Shown: positions 51,145 through 60,434, numbered from the stretch's first letter. The stretch is DNA of 64,000 nt from an uncultured Candidatus Saccharibacteria bacterium (GCA_964594735.1 CAZQMS010000001.1:62523-126522); one strand, 5' to 3'. The notes: a model not told the origin generated them from the letters alone. Numbers and translations: made by a program.

Positions 51145-53817
51145 CTACCGCCGCCCACCGCGTCGTGCAAATGCTTTGCGCACCTCTTCCACGACCACGA
51201 TGCTCGCCGCTACCGGCATAAGAATGAGCCAGTCCACCAAAGAGAGCGGCGCAGTATGCAAGATGCTCTGGAGTACGGGCGTATAGACAGCGAGAAGCTG
51301 TAACCCCACGACGAGGCCGGTCGCCGCGAGCAGGTATGCATTGCCGCCCCGCCATGCAAAAACAGATTCAGTTTCCGAGCGACAGTTCCACGCGTTGAAC
51401 CACTGGAAGACGGCGAGCACCGTAAGAGACATCGTAAGCGCTTTCGCCATGTCTGATTCATAGTGCAGACTAAAGACAAAGAGCGTGCCGAGCGCCATCG
51501 TGATCGCCATTGGCATCATGCGCGTCGCCATCGCACGGTCGATGAGATACTTTTTTGGCTTCTCAAATTTCTTCTTGAGCAAATCTTTCTCCTTGGGCTC
51601 CATCGCGAGTGCCACAGTGAGAAAACCGTCGGTGACGAAGTTGAGCCAGATAATCTGCGAAGCAAGCAGCGGCAGCGGGAAGCCAAGCACGAGTGCGCCG
51701 GAAATCGTGAGCACTTCTCCGAGACTCGTGGAGAATAAGTAGAGAATCACTTTCTTGATGGTCTTATAGATGCTACGACCCTCCTCTACCGCCGAGACAA
51801 TGCTGCCAAAATTGTCATCGAGCAGTACGATGTCTGCGGCCTCCTTCGCCACTTCAGTACCGATGGTGCCCATCGCCACACCGAGATCCGCAGCGACGAG
51901 CGGCGGCGCGTCGTTGACACCATCGCCCGTCATCGCGATGGTGTCACCCCTGCGCTTGTACGCCTCCACAATGCGGAGCTTGTCTTCCGGCGTGACCCGT
52001 GCAAATACAGACACTCGCGCGAGCGCCTCCGTGAGCTGCAGCTCCGACATGCTTCCTATTTCCTCTCCGGTGACAACCCTATCGCCGTCACGCCATATGC
52101 CCGCTTCGCGTGCGATAGCGCGTGCCGTGACTTTGTGATCCCCCGTTATCATAACGACGCGAATACCCGCGGCTTTCGCCTTTTCGAGCGCAGCGTGCAC
52201 TTCCGGCCGAAGCACATCCTGCATTCCATACAGCCCGACAAAGACAAGATCTCCGACGTCCTCTGCGGTGAGTGAATCGTGCTCGTACGGTGCGTACGCT
52301 CCTGCGATAACACGAAGTCCCTTTTCCGACATGCTTTCCTGCGCAGCTGCGACGAGCGCAGAATCTTCTGCAGACATCGAGCGCACGACACCATTGTGCA
52401 AAATGTGCGTACACAGTGGGAGCGTTTTTTCGGGCGCACCGAGCACGCTCAAAACGCGCGAGCCGGCCGCGCCATGGACTGTCGCGTGATACTTGAGCCG
52501 ATAGTCGAATGGTATCTCTGCTACAAGCGGCATGCCGCGCTCGAGCTCGGCGCGTTCGAGCCCGAGCTTTTCCCCAAAAACGCCGAGGGCAGCTTCGGTG
52601 GGGTCACCCGTGACTCTCCAACGCTTCTCACTCTCGATATATGCAGCAGTTGCACTCGCACAAAGCCCCGCGATTCGCGCAAGCTGCGCGAGATCCGGCT
52701 CCCGCTCGAGATGTATCGCGGCCGCGTTCTTTAAGACTCGTCCGACCGGTTCGTAGCCGTCGCCCGAAACTGAGAAGTACGACCCCATCGTCCAGGCCTT
52801 CCTGACTACGAGCTCGTTCTTCGTAATCGTGCCGGTCTTGTCGACAGCAATGACACTCGCTTGGCCAAGCGCCTCCACCGCCTGGAGTTTTTTCACGAGC
52901 GCGTGCCGCTTTGACATGCGCCACACACCTGTCGCGAGGACGAGCGTTATCACGATGGGCAAACCTTCGGGAATGACAGACACCGCGAGCGAGACAACAG
53001 TCACAAATATGTCGCGCAGTGGGACTCCGCGAAACATGCCGAGCGCGAAAATGGCGACCGAGATGAGAGCAACGACGGCGATTATCGCGTGAGAGAGATG
53101 CCGGATGCTCGCCTTGAGCGGAATTTCAGATTCTATCCCTGAGAGCGTCTCGGCGATGCCGCCGATTACTGTCGAACTTCCCGTCGCGACGACGATTGCA
53201 CGACCTCTTCCGGATACGACCGTCGTGCCTTTAAAGAGCATGTTGCGCTGCTCCGCCGGCTGTAGCTTGTCTCTATCGATTAACTCCACCGACTTGCTCA
53301 CGGGTTCGGATTCACCCGTAAGCGACGACTCGTCGGTCTTGAGGCCGCGCACATCGAGAAGCCTCGCATCCGCCGGGACTTTCTCGCCCTCTTGCAGCAC
53401 GATGATGTCGCCACGCACCACATCGGTGTCGGGTATGACGTGCTCTGCCCCATCGCGCATCACGGTCGCGCTGGTAGCAACAAAGTTTTTGAGCGCACGT
53501 AGTGTGTTCTGCGCACGGCCCTCCTGTATCGATCCCACCACCGCATTGAAAAAAAGAACCGCAAAAATGATGGCAGCATCGACAGACTCACCGAGGGCAA
53601 AGACGACGGCGCACGCGACAAGCAGTAGGTAGATGAGCGGGCTTTCAAACTGACGCAGGAATATGCGCAGCGTAGAATCGGCCTTCGTCTCAGGAAGCGT
53701 GTTGCGACCATCACGCGCAAGTCGCTCGCGTGCCGCGGCATACGAAAGGCCGTGCTCGCCCGATGCGAGCTCGTCGAAAATCGCGTGAGCGTCTTCTCTG
53801 TACCAAAAACGTATCAC
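51145..53817 (-). CDS. P2-type cation-transporting P-type ATPase (Ca2+-ATPase-like)
   Basis: 890 aa; cation-ATPase N-terminal domain, TGES actuator motif, DKTGTIT phosphorylation site, PEGL in TM4 (P2-type, not CPC), TGDGVNDAP hinge. GTG start. Confidence 0.92.
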   Translation of the reverse strand: MIRFWYREDAHAIFDELASGEHGLSYAAARERLARDGRNTLPETKADSTLRIFLRQFESPLIYLLLVACAVVFALGESVDAAIIFAVLFFNAVVGSIQEGRAQNTLRALKNFVATSATVMRDGAEHVIPDTDVVRGDIIVLQEGEKVPADARLLDVRGLKTDESSLTGESEPVSKSVELIDRDKLQPAEQRNMLFKGTTVVSGRGRAIVVATGSSTVIGGIAETLSGIESEIPLKASIRHLSHAIIAVVALISVAIFALGMFRGVPLRDIFVTVVSLAVSVIPEGLPIVITLVLATGVWRMSKRHALVKKLQAVEALGQASVIAVDKTGTITKNELVVRKAWTMGSYFSVSGDGYEPVGRVLKNAAAIHLEREPDLAQLARIAGLCASATAAYIESEKRWRVTGDPTEAALGVFGEKLGLERAELERGMPLVAEIPFDYRLKYHATVHGAAGSRVLSVLGAPEKTLPLCTHILHNGVVRSMSAEDSALVAAAQESMSEKGLRVIAGAYAPYEHDSLTAEDVGDLVFVGLYGMQDVLRPEVHAALEKAKAAGIRVVMITGDHKVTARAIAREAGIWRDGDRVVTGEEIGSMSELQLTEALARVSVFARVTPEDKLRIVEAYKRRGDTIAMTGDGVNDAPPLVAADLGVAMGTIGTEVAKEAADIVLLDDNFGSIVSAVEEGRSIYKTIKKVILYLFSTSLGEVLTISGALVLGFPLPLLASQIIWLNFVTDGFLTVALAMEPKEKDLLKKKFEKPKKYLIDRAMATRMMPMAITMALGTLFVFSLHYESDMAKALTMSLTVLAVFQWFNAWNCRSETESVFAWRGGNAYLLAATGLVVGLQLLAVYTPVLQSILHTAPLSLVDWLILMPVAASIVVVEEVRKAFARRGGRR

Positions 53818-53856
53818 TGTGACTACAGTGTAATACGGAATCCAAGCTTCGTAGCG

Positions 53857-54234
53857 TTACTCCACCTCTACAGTGAATCCGCCGGACGAGAAACGCTTCA
53901 TGTCCATCGGCATTGGCATGGTCTGCCATTTCGGGTCGTTCATGGCCGGATCGCTCATGACCTTTTTGTTGACCTGGTCGCGATGCTTCTTGTTCTTGTA
54001 CACGATAAAGGAGAACCACACCGTCTCACCAGCTTTAGCTTTCGCGGCATCGATGAATGAGCGAGCCTTGTGTCCACCCATCGGCTTAATGCGCAAGTCA
54101 TCGCCCTTGCATTCCTTGTAGTCGAGTGCGCCGTACTTCATCCAAATCTTTTTTCCGAGCTGCGCCATCTTTTTGTACTCCCCAGCCTTATTCTTCGGGA
54201 CCACGAGTAAAAATCCGTCAACATATTTAGCCAT
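53857..54234 (-). CDS. DUF1428 family protein
   Basis: 125 aa; MAKYVDGFLLVVPKNKAGEYKKMA… N-terminus typical of DUF1428. Confidence 0.65.
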   Translation of the reverse strand: MAKYVDGFLLVVPKNKAGEYKKMAQLGKKIWMKYGALDYKECKGDDLRIKPMGGHKARSFIDAAKAKAGETVWFSFIVYKNKKHRDQVNKKVMSDPAMNDPKWQTMPMPMDMKRFSSGGFTVEVE

Positions 54235-54293
54235 ACGTGTTCTGCTACGTGATATCGACGCATCATATCAGGCGTCGTGAAAAATCATATGAA

Positions 54294-54566
54294 CTATTTT
54301 TCGTCTTTCGGCTCTCCCCATTGCCAGCGCGGAGGCTCGCCATGGCGGTAGCAGATACCTATGAGCGCCGCGACAAGCATGAGCGTGTAGAGGAAAAAGT
54401 ACACGAAAATCTCTGGTGCAGGATTCTCATCGAGCCTTGAGAAGAATTCAAGTTCTCCCGCGATAAAAAGCCCGAGCCACACGAGGATAACAAGCCACCC
54501 TTGCCACGACGATGGGTACCATCCCCATCCGTAGCGCTTTCTCTTAAACCAGATTTCTCGCTCCAT
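54294..54566 (-). CDS. Small Trp-rich membrane protein (hypothetical)
   Basis: MEREIWFKRKRYGWGWYPSSWQGWLVILVWLGLFIAGE…; two TM helices. Confidence 0.4.
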   Translation of the reverse strand: MEREIWFKRKRYGWGWYPSSWQGWLVILVWLGLFIAGELEFFSRLDENPAPEIFVYFFLYTLMLVAALIGICYRHGEPPRWQWGEPKDEK

Positions 54567-54567
54567 T

Positions 54568-54903
54568 CTAGTGACCAAACCATTCGTTCATCCACTGACG
54601 CATCTGTGCAATCTCCGAAGTTTGAGCTGCGATGATATCTTCGGCGAGCTTTCGTAATTCAGCTCTTTGCGACTTCTCGAGCACTTGTTCAGCCATCGCA
54701 ACAGCCCCCTCGTGGTGCACAACCATTTCCATAAGAAACGCGTGCTCAAAATCAGCTCCCTGTTTCGGTTCGAGCGTCGCGGTCATCGCATCCATCGCAC
54801 CATGCATCTCCATCTCTGAAACGCTGTTCGTTCCGTACGCCAATCCTACGATGACGGCACCGATCACAACCCCGACGAGCCCGAATGCTATCTCTTTTCT
54901 CAT
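54568..54903 (-). CDS. DUF305 family protein (four-helix bundle, metal-resistance associated)
   Basis: …FEHAFLMEMVVHHEGAVAMAEQVL… and …LAEDIIAAQTSEIAQMRQWMNEWFG… are the DUF305 HH / Q..EI..M..W motifs. Confidence 0.7.
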   Translation of the reverse strand: MRKEIAFGLVGVVIGAVIVGLAYGTNSVSEMEMHGAMDAMTATLEPKQGADFEHAFLMEMVVHHEGAVAMAEQVLEKSQRAELRKLAEDIIAAQTSEIAQMRQWMNEWFGH

Positions 54904-54904
54904 G

Positions 54905-55510
54905 TTACCCATTGTACCCTACAAAGGGTTCCCCTTTGTAGTCCATTGCTCGTATCTCGTCGCGACTATACAGACTCGATTCCAAAAGACGACTTTCCGG
55001 TCGCGCAAACTCAAAATAATCGACATAACTAGTGTACCTGCGATGCTTCCGATCAACAGGATTTCCGTGAATGTAGGAAAACAACCAGCGCAAGTAGTCA
55101 TCATCATCGATATGGCGCGATCGGAATGGGCGCGTAAAAAGTGGACCGCTCCGCTCGTACCGAGTATTGAAGTACATAGAGTATGCGGTCATAAGTTTTA
55201 GCATAAATCGGGAGACCCCGTCGTCTATCTTTTCGCGCAGTAAAAGATGCAAATGATTCGGCATCAACGCATACGCCGCTATCTCGACAAGCGTTTCCTT
55301 TCGCTGATGTTCGAATAATTTCACCAAGGGTTCCCCTTTGTATTTTGAGAGCAACTCCCTCATATTCACCGGGGTCGTGCTGTTGCACAGATATAGCAGC
55401 AACTGCAGTCGCCCAAAATCAGATTCACCTTTGCACACAACCATTTTGTCCACTCCGCGGGTATAGATGTGATAGTGCTCACCGACTACGAATGGCACCT
55501 TTCTCTCCAT
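54905..55510 (-). CDS. IS200/IS605-family Y1 (HUH) transposase-like protein / REP-associated tyrosine transposase (RAYT)-like
   Basis: ~201 aa; HYHIYTRG, HUH motif MPNHLHLLL, catalytic Tyr region YIHGNPV. Start at 55510 (MERKVPFVVGEHYHIY). No tnpB partner. Confidence 0.75.
   Translation of the reverse strand: MERKVPFVVGEHYHIYTRGVDKMVVCKGESDFGRLQLLLYLCNSTTPVNMRELLSKYKGEPLVKLFEHQRKETLVEIAAYALMPNHLHLLLREKIDDGVSRFMLKLMTAYSMYFNTRYERSGPLFTRPFRSRHIDDDDYLRWLFSYIHGNPVDRKHRRYTSYVDYFEFARPESRLLESSLYSRDEIRAMDYKGEPFVGYNG
54920..54940. repeat. REP-like imperfect palindrome caaagggTTCCCctttg (copy 1, overlaps the transposase 3' end)
   Basis: Read directly. Confidence 0.8.
55324..55342. repeat. REP-like palindrome ccaagggttcccctttgta (copy 2, inside the transposase ORF)
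   Basis: Read directly. Confidence 0.8.
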
Positions 55511-55524
55511 CGCATCATTGTCGT

Positions 55525-55545
55525 GCAAAGGGGAACCCTTTGCAA
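55525..55545. repeat. REP-like palindrome tgcaaaggggaaccctttgca (copy 3, inverted orientation, 15 nt upstream of the transposase ATG)
   Basis: Read directly. Confidence 0.8.
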
Positions 55546-55629
55546 TGGGAATACTGCGCAAACGCAGGCCCTGCATCCTGTCAGGGTTGCTTCGCGACGC
55601 AGGAGGTAGCGGCGCGTCATCGAGATGCA

Positions 55630-55962
55630 CTACTTGAGCTTGACCGCTGTGCCGTATGCAAGAATCTCAGCGCCGCCGTTCATTATTTGCGAAGTCGAGT
55701 ACCTGGTGCATATGATTGCATCCGCACCCATCGTGTGCGCCTCTTCTATCATGCGCGAAGTCGCTTCCTCGCGAGCTTTCTTCACGGCCTTTACGTAGCC
55801 GCGCACTTCGCCTCCGACGATTGTCATCAGACCTGCGAGGATATGGCTCCCGATGTGACGCGTCTGTATCGTGCTTCCCTCGACGAGTCCGAGGACTTGC
55901 GAAATCTCTCGCCCTGCAATCTGCTCGGTTGTTGTAATGATGATGTCGTGGTGCATATACAT
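55630..55962 (-). CDS. YbjQ/UPF0145 family protein (putative heavy-metal-binding)
   Basis: ~110 aa from the internal Met (MYMHHDIIITTTEQIAGREISQVLGLVEGSTIQTRHIG…). The track's upstream extension would overlap the next gene and is rejected. Confidence 0.75.
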   Translation of the reverse strand: MYMHHDIIITTTEQIAGREISQVLGLVEGSTIQTRHIGSHILAGLMTIVGGEVRGYVKAVKKAREEATSRMIEEAHTMGADAIICTRYSTSQIMNGGAEILAYGTAVKLK

Positions 55963-55970
55963 GCAGTATA

Positions 55971-57218
55971 TCAAACAGCGTCTCTTTCTTCCCAACGCGC
56001 GAGCATATCGACGACGAGCCCGCCCCACGTAAAGTCCCGTGCACCGAGACCCGCGCCTGTCTCCGGATGGTAGTACTCGCGAAATCCCGAAAGTTCGAGC
56101 AGCCGAAGTGATTGCTCGAGGATGCGCCCCGCGACATCCGTATACCCATAATTGAGGAGGCCCTGGAAAACGAACCAGTTTACCCCTATCCACACGGGCC
56201 CGCGCCAGAAGCCCTCCGGGTCGTAGGTCGCCTCGTCTGCGGATACCGTCGGCACCATGAAGTGCGTGCGAAATTCGTGCGGATTGAGGAGGTGCTTGTC
56301 GACGAGCACCCGCGCTTCGTCTTGCGAAAGCAGCTTCGCATATAGTGGCGCGAAGATGTGCCAGGTCTTGAGCTTCACCTTGAGGTACCCTTCGCTATAC
56401 GTCGGCCAATACAGCTCTCCGTCGTACATACGCTCGCGCATCGCCATCGCCACATGCATCGCCTGGTCGGTATATTTCGCGGCGTCCGCGTGCTCTTCGA
56501 GCGTCTCGGCGATGCGCGAGAGCGCGCGCAATTCCTCGACGAGAATGGCGTTGAACGGCACGTCTTTGACCCAAAAGTATTGCTTCATAAAGGGCGCGTC
56601 GAAGTGCCCTGCACGCAGAGCCTCCACGAGCTTCAGCCGGCTCTCAAAATTTTGCTGCAGCGATTGCACAGGCGGTAGTCCCAAGACACCGTCGAATCGG
56701 GGACTGTTGTCTTCCCCGCTCTCATCGGGATTGATAATGCCGGCAAGGTGATTCCCCCTCGGATCGCGAGCACTGAGGAGGTACGCCATGCATTCGCAAA
56801 GGTCTTTGTAGACTTCCCGCAAAAATGCTTTGTCACCATCTTTGCGGTAGATGCGCCACGCTGCCTCTGCGATAAGTGGCGGCTGCGTGATAGTGCTCGT
56901 CGTCTCTTTGCCCCAGTCGATTTTCACAAACCCGTCGCCGAGTTTCATCAAATCACCCTCGCCTCGATAAATCATGTGCGGCACCATCCCGTTGTCGAAC
57001 TGTGCCGAGAGGAGCGAGCGCAGCTCTTCCTTTGCATCGTTAGGAGAAAAATGATTGAGTACTATCGCGTGAAAGCACGAATCCCACATCCACTGAAATG
57101 GGTACGACATCGGCGATGGCACCGTAAACTGATGCCCGTCGACCACGCGACGATTGCGCAGAAGGAGTTCGTGCGAGAGCTCGCGAATATTTTGAATCCG
57201 TTCGCGAGCGATATCCAT
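55971..57218 (-). CDS. (alpha/alpha)6-barrel glycoside hydrolase, GH63/MGH1-like (mannosyl-/glucosyl-glycerate hydrolase- or trehalase-like)
   Basis: …FQWMWDSCFHAIVL…, …FWRGPVWIGVNWFVFQGL…, …GFREYYHPETG… are typical of GH63/GH37-type six-hairpin hydrolases. The exact family is uncertain. Confidence 0.65.
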   Translation of the reverse strand: MDIARERIQNIRELSHELLLRNRRVVDGHQFTVPSPMSYPFQWMWDSCFHAIVLNHFSPNDAKEELRSLLSAQFDNGMVPHMIYRGEGDLMKLGDGFVKIDWGKETTSTITQPPLIAEAAWRIYRKDGDKAFLREVYKDLCECMAYLLSARDPRGNHLAGIINPDESGEDNSPRFDGVLGLPPVQSLQQNFESRLKLVEALRAGHFDAPFMKQYFWVKDVPFNAILVEELRALSRIAETLEEHADAAKYTDQAMHVAMAMRERMYDGELYWPTYSEGYLKVKLKTWHIFAPLYAKLLSQDEARVLVDKHLLNPHEFRTHFMVPTVSADEATYDPEGFWRGPVWIGVNWFVFQGLLNYGYTDVAGRILEQSLRLLELSGFREYYHPETGAGLGARDFTWGGLVVDMLARWEERDAV

Positions 57219-57291
57219 TGCCCTAGCATACCAAAACGATGCGCGCGCCCCTCCCGGGGCGCGCGCTCGCAAGAGAGACGTTCACACAATC

Positions 57292-57675
57292 TTACACAAA
57301 GTACCCGAGCCAGGAGAGGTACGCGCCGATAAGCAACACAACCGCACCAGCAGCGGGGATGACTTTCGAGTCCACGGCAAAGTCGGCGCCCTTGTCAGCG
57401 ATGCTAGGCGCGACCGTGCAGACGATGCCTTTGAGGAGGAGCCCCCAACCGAGCAGAGACACGATGACCTGCGGCAGTGTTTCCCAGGCATTGTGCGCGA
57501 GGACTTGCGCGATGCCAGCAGCCATCGCCGCCATTCCAAAGAAGAGCACCGCAAAGGGCGCCTTCTCAAGGTCGCGATATATCTTCAAATAAAAACTCTT
57601 GCTCCAGAAGAAACCGACACCCACGGCGAAAAGGACTGGTCCCCAGAGCTGGGCGAGGAACATCGTTGTTTCCAT
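57292..57675 (-). CDS. Hypothetical 4-TM membrane protein
   Basis: 127 aa, hydrophobic throughout. No family recognised. Confidence 0.5.
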   Translation of the reverse strand: METTMFLAQLWGPVLFAVGVGFFWSKSFYLKIYRDLEKAPFAVLFFGMAAMAAGIAQVLAHNAWETLPQVIVSLLGWGLLLKGIVCTVAPSIADKGADFAVDSKVIPAAGAVVLLIGAYLSWLGYFV

Positions 57676-57789
57676 ATCTCGTCAAAAAGTTAGAGAGTAA
57701 TCGCTTTCGTAATTGTACCAACGTCGTCGCCCTCGGAGTACCTCTGCAGTGTATAACCCAACTACGCAGAATGTACTGTCGCTATGGTG

Positions 57790-59718
57790 CTAGTCAGTGA
57801 GTTCAATAACTTTCTTTCTCGATAGCTGTGCGAAAACGCCCGTACCCTTTTCCAAACCAATTGGAAACAATACGTCAGCTGCGTGCGCCTCTTGAAAACG
57901 TATGAGTGCTGCCTGTGTTCTATCCGCAAAGAGATTCGTTTCATTGCCGGGAGATCCTGGCCCATCCTCAGCGAGCGCGAAGCCAAGACAATTCAGAATC
58001 CGCTGTAGTGCACGAATGTCCTCCCCCACCATTCTGATTCTGATCGTTCGTACAAACGAAAACGGCGCACATGACGGAGTGCTCAAAACAGGTGCCGCGG
58101 CAAGAACACACCCACCTCCCGGAAGACCTGCGTTCCAACCGGGGGCATTCGGGCTTGAACACCACGGCAAGCTTGCGCTCGATGTGAACGAGCCTGAAGA
58201 ACTGCTCGACGCGGGTGCTGTGCCAAATATGGCGAATACTGAGAAATGCGGCGCTTCACAGGTAATAGTGTTCGCAGCTGTATCTACTGTGCAATCGTCA
58301 AGCTCTGTCCAAGAACCGCTCGCATAGTGATACATAGAAAGCGTGCTCTCATCGAGACCGCTTACATCGGCATCAGTGTACGTGTACGTTACAGTCACCG
58401 GCGAAGCAAATGAGTCGAGCTCGGTCACGTTGTTGATGAGTGCTTTCACGTCGAAGACGATACTGGCTCCACTCTGCAAAGTACTGTTTGGCTTCCCGAT
58501 GGAATCGAGCACCGTACTCGCAGTCAAACCTTTTATCTGTATGACGACGGTGGACGATGTCGCAGTAAAGTTGGCGGGTGTTACCACTTGGAGACTTCGG
58601 TTCGCATCAGTGAGTGTCGTTGTAGCCGCGGAGCTCACAGTGACCGGCGTCGTGGTCGCTGAAGACGGCGAAGCACTGCCCGCACAACCAGTTGTCGTGA
58701 ACGAGCTGGAGGTCGACGTTGCAGCATTCCCCGCAGCATCTCTCGAAACAACCTTGAAGTTGTAGATGGTACACGAGAGAAGCCCGGAAAGTGCCTGACT
58801 ATGGCTCGTGACACGAGTGCTCGTGTCAGTCTCTGTGGTCGTCGACGCGAAATTCAAATCCGCGGAATATACCACCTTAGTCGACGCTTCTTCGTTGCTT
58901 GTCCATGAAATCGTCGCGCCCGAAGTCGTGATACTTGAAGTCGCTATTGCGGATAGCGTAGGAGCAGTTTCGTCCGGCGGTGTGTCCGGGTCATCGGAAC
59001 CAGCCGTGAGGTTTTCTATCTGTTCAAACGTGAGCGCATGATCATAGACCTTTACGTCGTCGATGATGCCGTTGATGCCCTCATTCACCTCCCAACGCAC
59101 ACCGATGTACATATTGCCACTCTGATCACGACCGCCGAGTGTGCCCGAGAATTTCTCATCCGTATCGACATACAGTTTTACGTTGGTTCCGTCGTACGTA
59201 AACGTAATGTTGTACCATGTACCGACCGTCAAATTGTAGCCCGTATCGCGCCATGACCCGTCATAGAATGCGAGGCGATGTACCGCAACATCGCCCAAAG
59301 TTCCTGCGATTTCAAAAGCGTCGCTTGTCCAACTCATGATACGGTCGTAATTGCCCGCGGCTGTTTCCCCGTCTGCAGTCGGCTTGTACCAGAATGAGAA
59401 CGAGCGCGGTGCCGTTCCAGAAAAATTGAGCGCGGACGGCCACGCGATTTGCACGCCGTCCTGCAAACCTGCAAAGCTGAGCGCGTACGGGTTTGAGTAT
59501 GCGACAGGAGGTGTGTCGGCAGTCCAACTAGGATACGCGGAACCACCTGCGCTCCCTTTGATGAAAATGCCCGAGATCTCGTCGACAGTATCTACGGTGG
59601 TTGAGCCCGTGCCTTCGTCAAACTTCCACCTCGCTACGAGTTCCGCGTGAGCGCCCGCAGGAACAAAGAAAGCGAGCACCACGAAACTCGCAAAGAAGAC
59701 TTTGCTCATATCACGCAT
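57790..59718 (-). CDS. Secreted multidomain protein: signal peptide, LamG/concanavalin-A-like lectin domain, Fn3 domain, Thr/Ser-rich linker, C-terminal peptidoglycan-binding (PG_binding_1) domain
   Basis: ATG at 59718 (MRDMSKVFFASFVVLAFFVPAGAHA/ELVARWKFDEGTG… LamG_3 start); …TLSAIATSSITTSGATISWTSNEEASTKVVYS… (Fn3); …GEDIRALQRILNCLGFALAEDGPGSPGNETNLFADRTQAALIRFQEAH… (PGBD). The track extends to 59901. Confidence 0.75.
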   Translation of the reverse strand: MRDMSKVFFASFVVLAFFVPAGAHAELVARWKFDEGTGSTTVDTVDEISGIFIKGSAGGSAYPSWTADTPPVAYSNPYALSFAGLQDGVQIAWPSALNFSGTAPRSFSFWYKPTADGETAAGNYDRIMSWTSDAFEIAGTLGDVAVHRLAFYDGSWRDTGYNLTVGTWYNITFTYDGTNVKLYVDTDEKFSGTLGGRDQSGNMYIGVRWEVNEGINGIIDDVKVYDHALTFEQIENLTAGSDDPDTPPDETAPTLSAIATSSITTSGATISWTSNEEASTKVVYSADLNFASTTTETDTSTRVTSHSQALSGLLSCTIYNFKVVSRDAAGNAATSTSSSFTTTGCAGSASPSSATTTPVTVSSAATTTLTDANRSLQVVTPANFTATSSTVVIQIKGLTASTVLDSIGKPNSTLQSGASIVFDVKALINNVTELDSFASPVTVTYTYTDADVSGLDESTLSMYHYASGSWTELDDCTVDTAANTITCEAPHFSVFAIFGTAPASSSSSGSFTSSASLPWCSSPNAPGWNAGLPGGGCVLAAAPVLSTPSCAPFSFVRTIRIRMVGEDIRALQRILNCLGFALAEDGPGSPGNETNLFADRTQAALIRFQEAHAADVLFPIGLEKGTGVFAQLSRKKVIELTD

Positions 59719-59774
59719 ATTGTACCAACAGACGAAGCCAGCCGAACGGCCGTCTGTTGAAAGATTCGGACCTG

Positions 59775-60023
59775 TTACCGATGTGGGCAGCCGGCCCAGC
59801 AGCACGGGCGGCGCATGCCTCCACTGAGCTTGGACAGCGCTTTCTTGATGCGGATGCCGCGCGTCTCCGCCTTTTTGCCGGATGTCACCCAGCAAATCCA
59901 CTCACTCCTCGCAAGCGGCGTTATGTCCTCCCATATGGCTCGTGCCTTGGGAGCCGCCGCGATTGCGGCGCGTAAATCCGCGGGGAGCTTGTGTACTGAG
60001 CCGCCTGCAAGCGTAGTAGTCAT
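59775..60023 (-). CDS. YdeI/OmpD-associated (OmdA) family protein (short)
   Basis: …LPADLRAAIAAAPKARAIWEDITPLARSEWICWVTSGKKAETRGIRIKKALSKLSGG… matches the OmdA domain. Confidence 0.55.
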   Translation of the reverse strand: MTTTLAGGSVHKLPADLRAAIAAAPKARAIWEDITPLARSEWICWVTSGKKAETRGIRIKKALSKLSGGMRRPCCWAGCPHR

Positions 60024-60067
60024 GCAGCTATCTTAGCAAATCACTCCTGTGCCCCCATGCTGCGCGG

Positions 60068-60096
60068 TTGACAAGCAAAACGGGACATGATATTAT
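60068..60096 (+). promoter_or_regulatory. Near-consensus sigma70 promoter for the cold-shock gene: TTGACA, 17-nt spacer, TATTAT; ~130-nt 5' UTR
   Basis: Hexamers read directly. A long leader is typical of csp genes. Confidence 0.6.
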
Positions 60097-60233
60097 TGAT
60101 ATATCAAACCGGGGCCTGATCCAGTTAAGTGAGGATCGAGCTTCAACTCCAGACTCCTGTCTTGATGCCAACCGAAAGAAAAATCATTTCATTCGGAGGA
60201 ATTAGTAAAGACAACCATTGATTTCTCATTGCT

Positions 60234-60434
60234 ATGCAAGAAGGAACTATCGCCCGTCTCACCGACAAGGGTTTCGGGTTCATCAAAGTTGACGGTCAGG
60301 AAAAGGATCTCTTTTTCCACTCCAACGAGCTCCAGAACGTAAAGTTCGACGAGCTTCGCGAAGGCGACAAGGTCACCTTTGAGGTCGCGGAAAGTCCCAA
60401 GGGACCGAACGCCATCAAGGTCAACCGCGCATAA
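60234..60434 (+). CDS. Cold-shock protein (CspA family)
   Basis: 66 aa; RNP1 KGFGFI and RNP2 FFHSN-like motifs. Confidence 0.95.
   Translation: MQEGTIARLTDKGFGFIKVDGQEKDLFFHSNELQNVKFDELREGDKVTFEVAESPKGPNAIKVNRA

Larger units (their letters stand above)
54920..55545 (-). mobile_element. Candidate minimal IS200-like/RAYT element bounded by inverted REP-like palindromes
   Basis: tacaaagggttcccctttgta at 54920-54940 and its inverse tgcaaaggggaaccctttgca at 55525-55545 bracket the Y1 transposase ORF; a third copy lies at 55324-55342. Confidence 0.4.
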
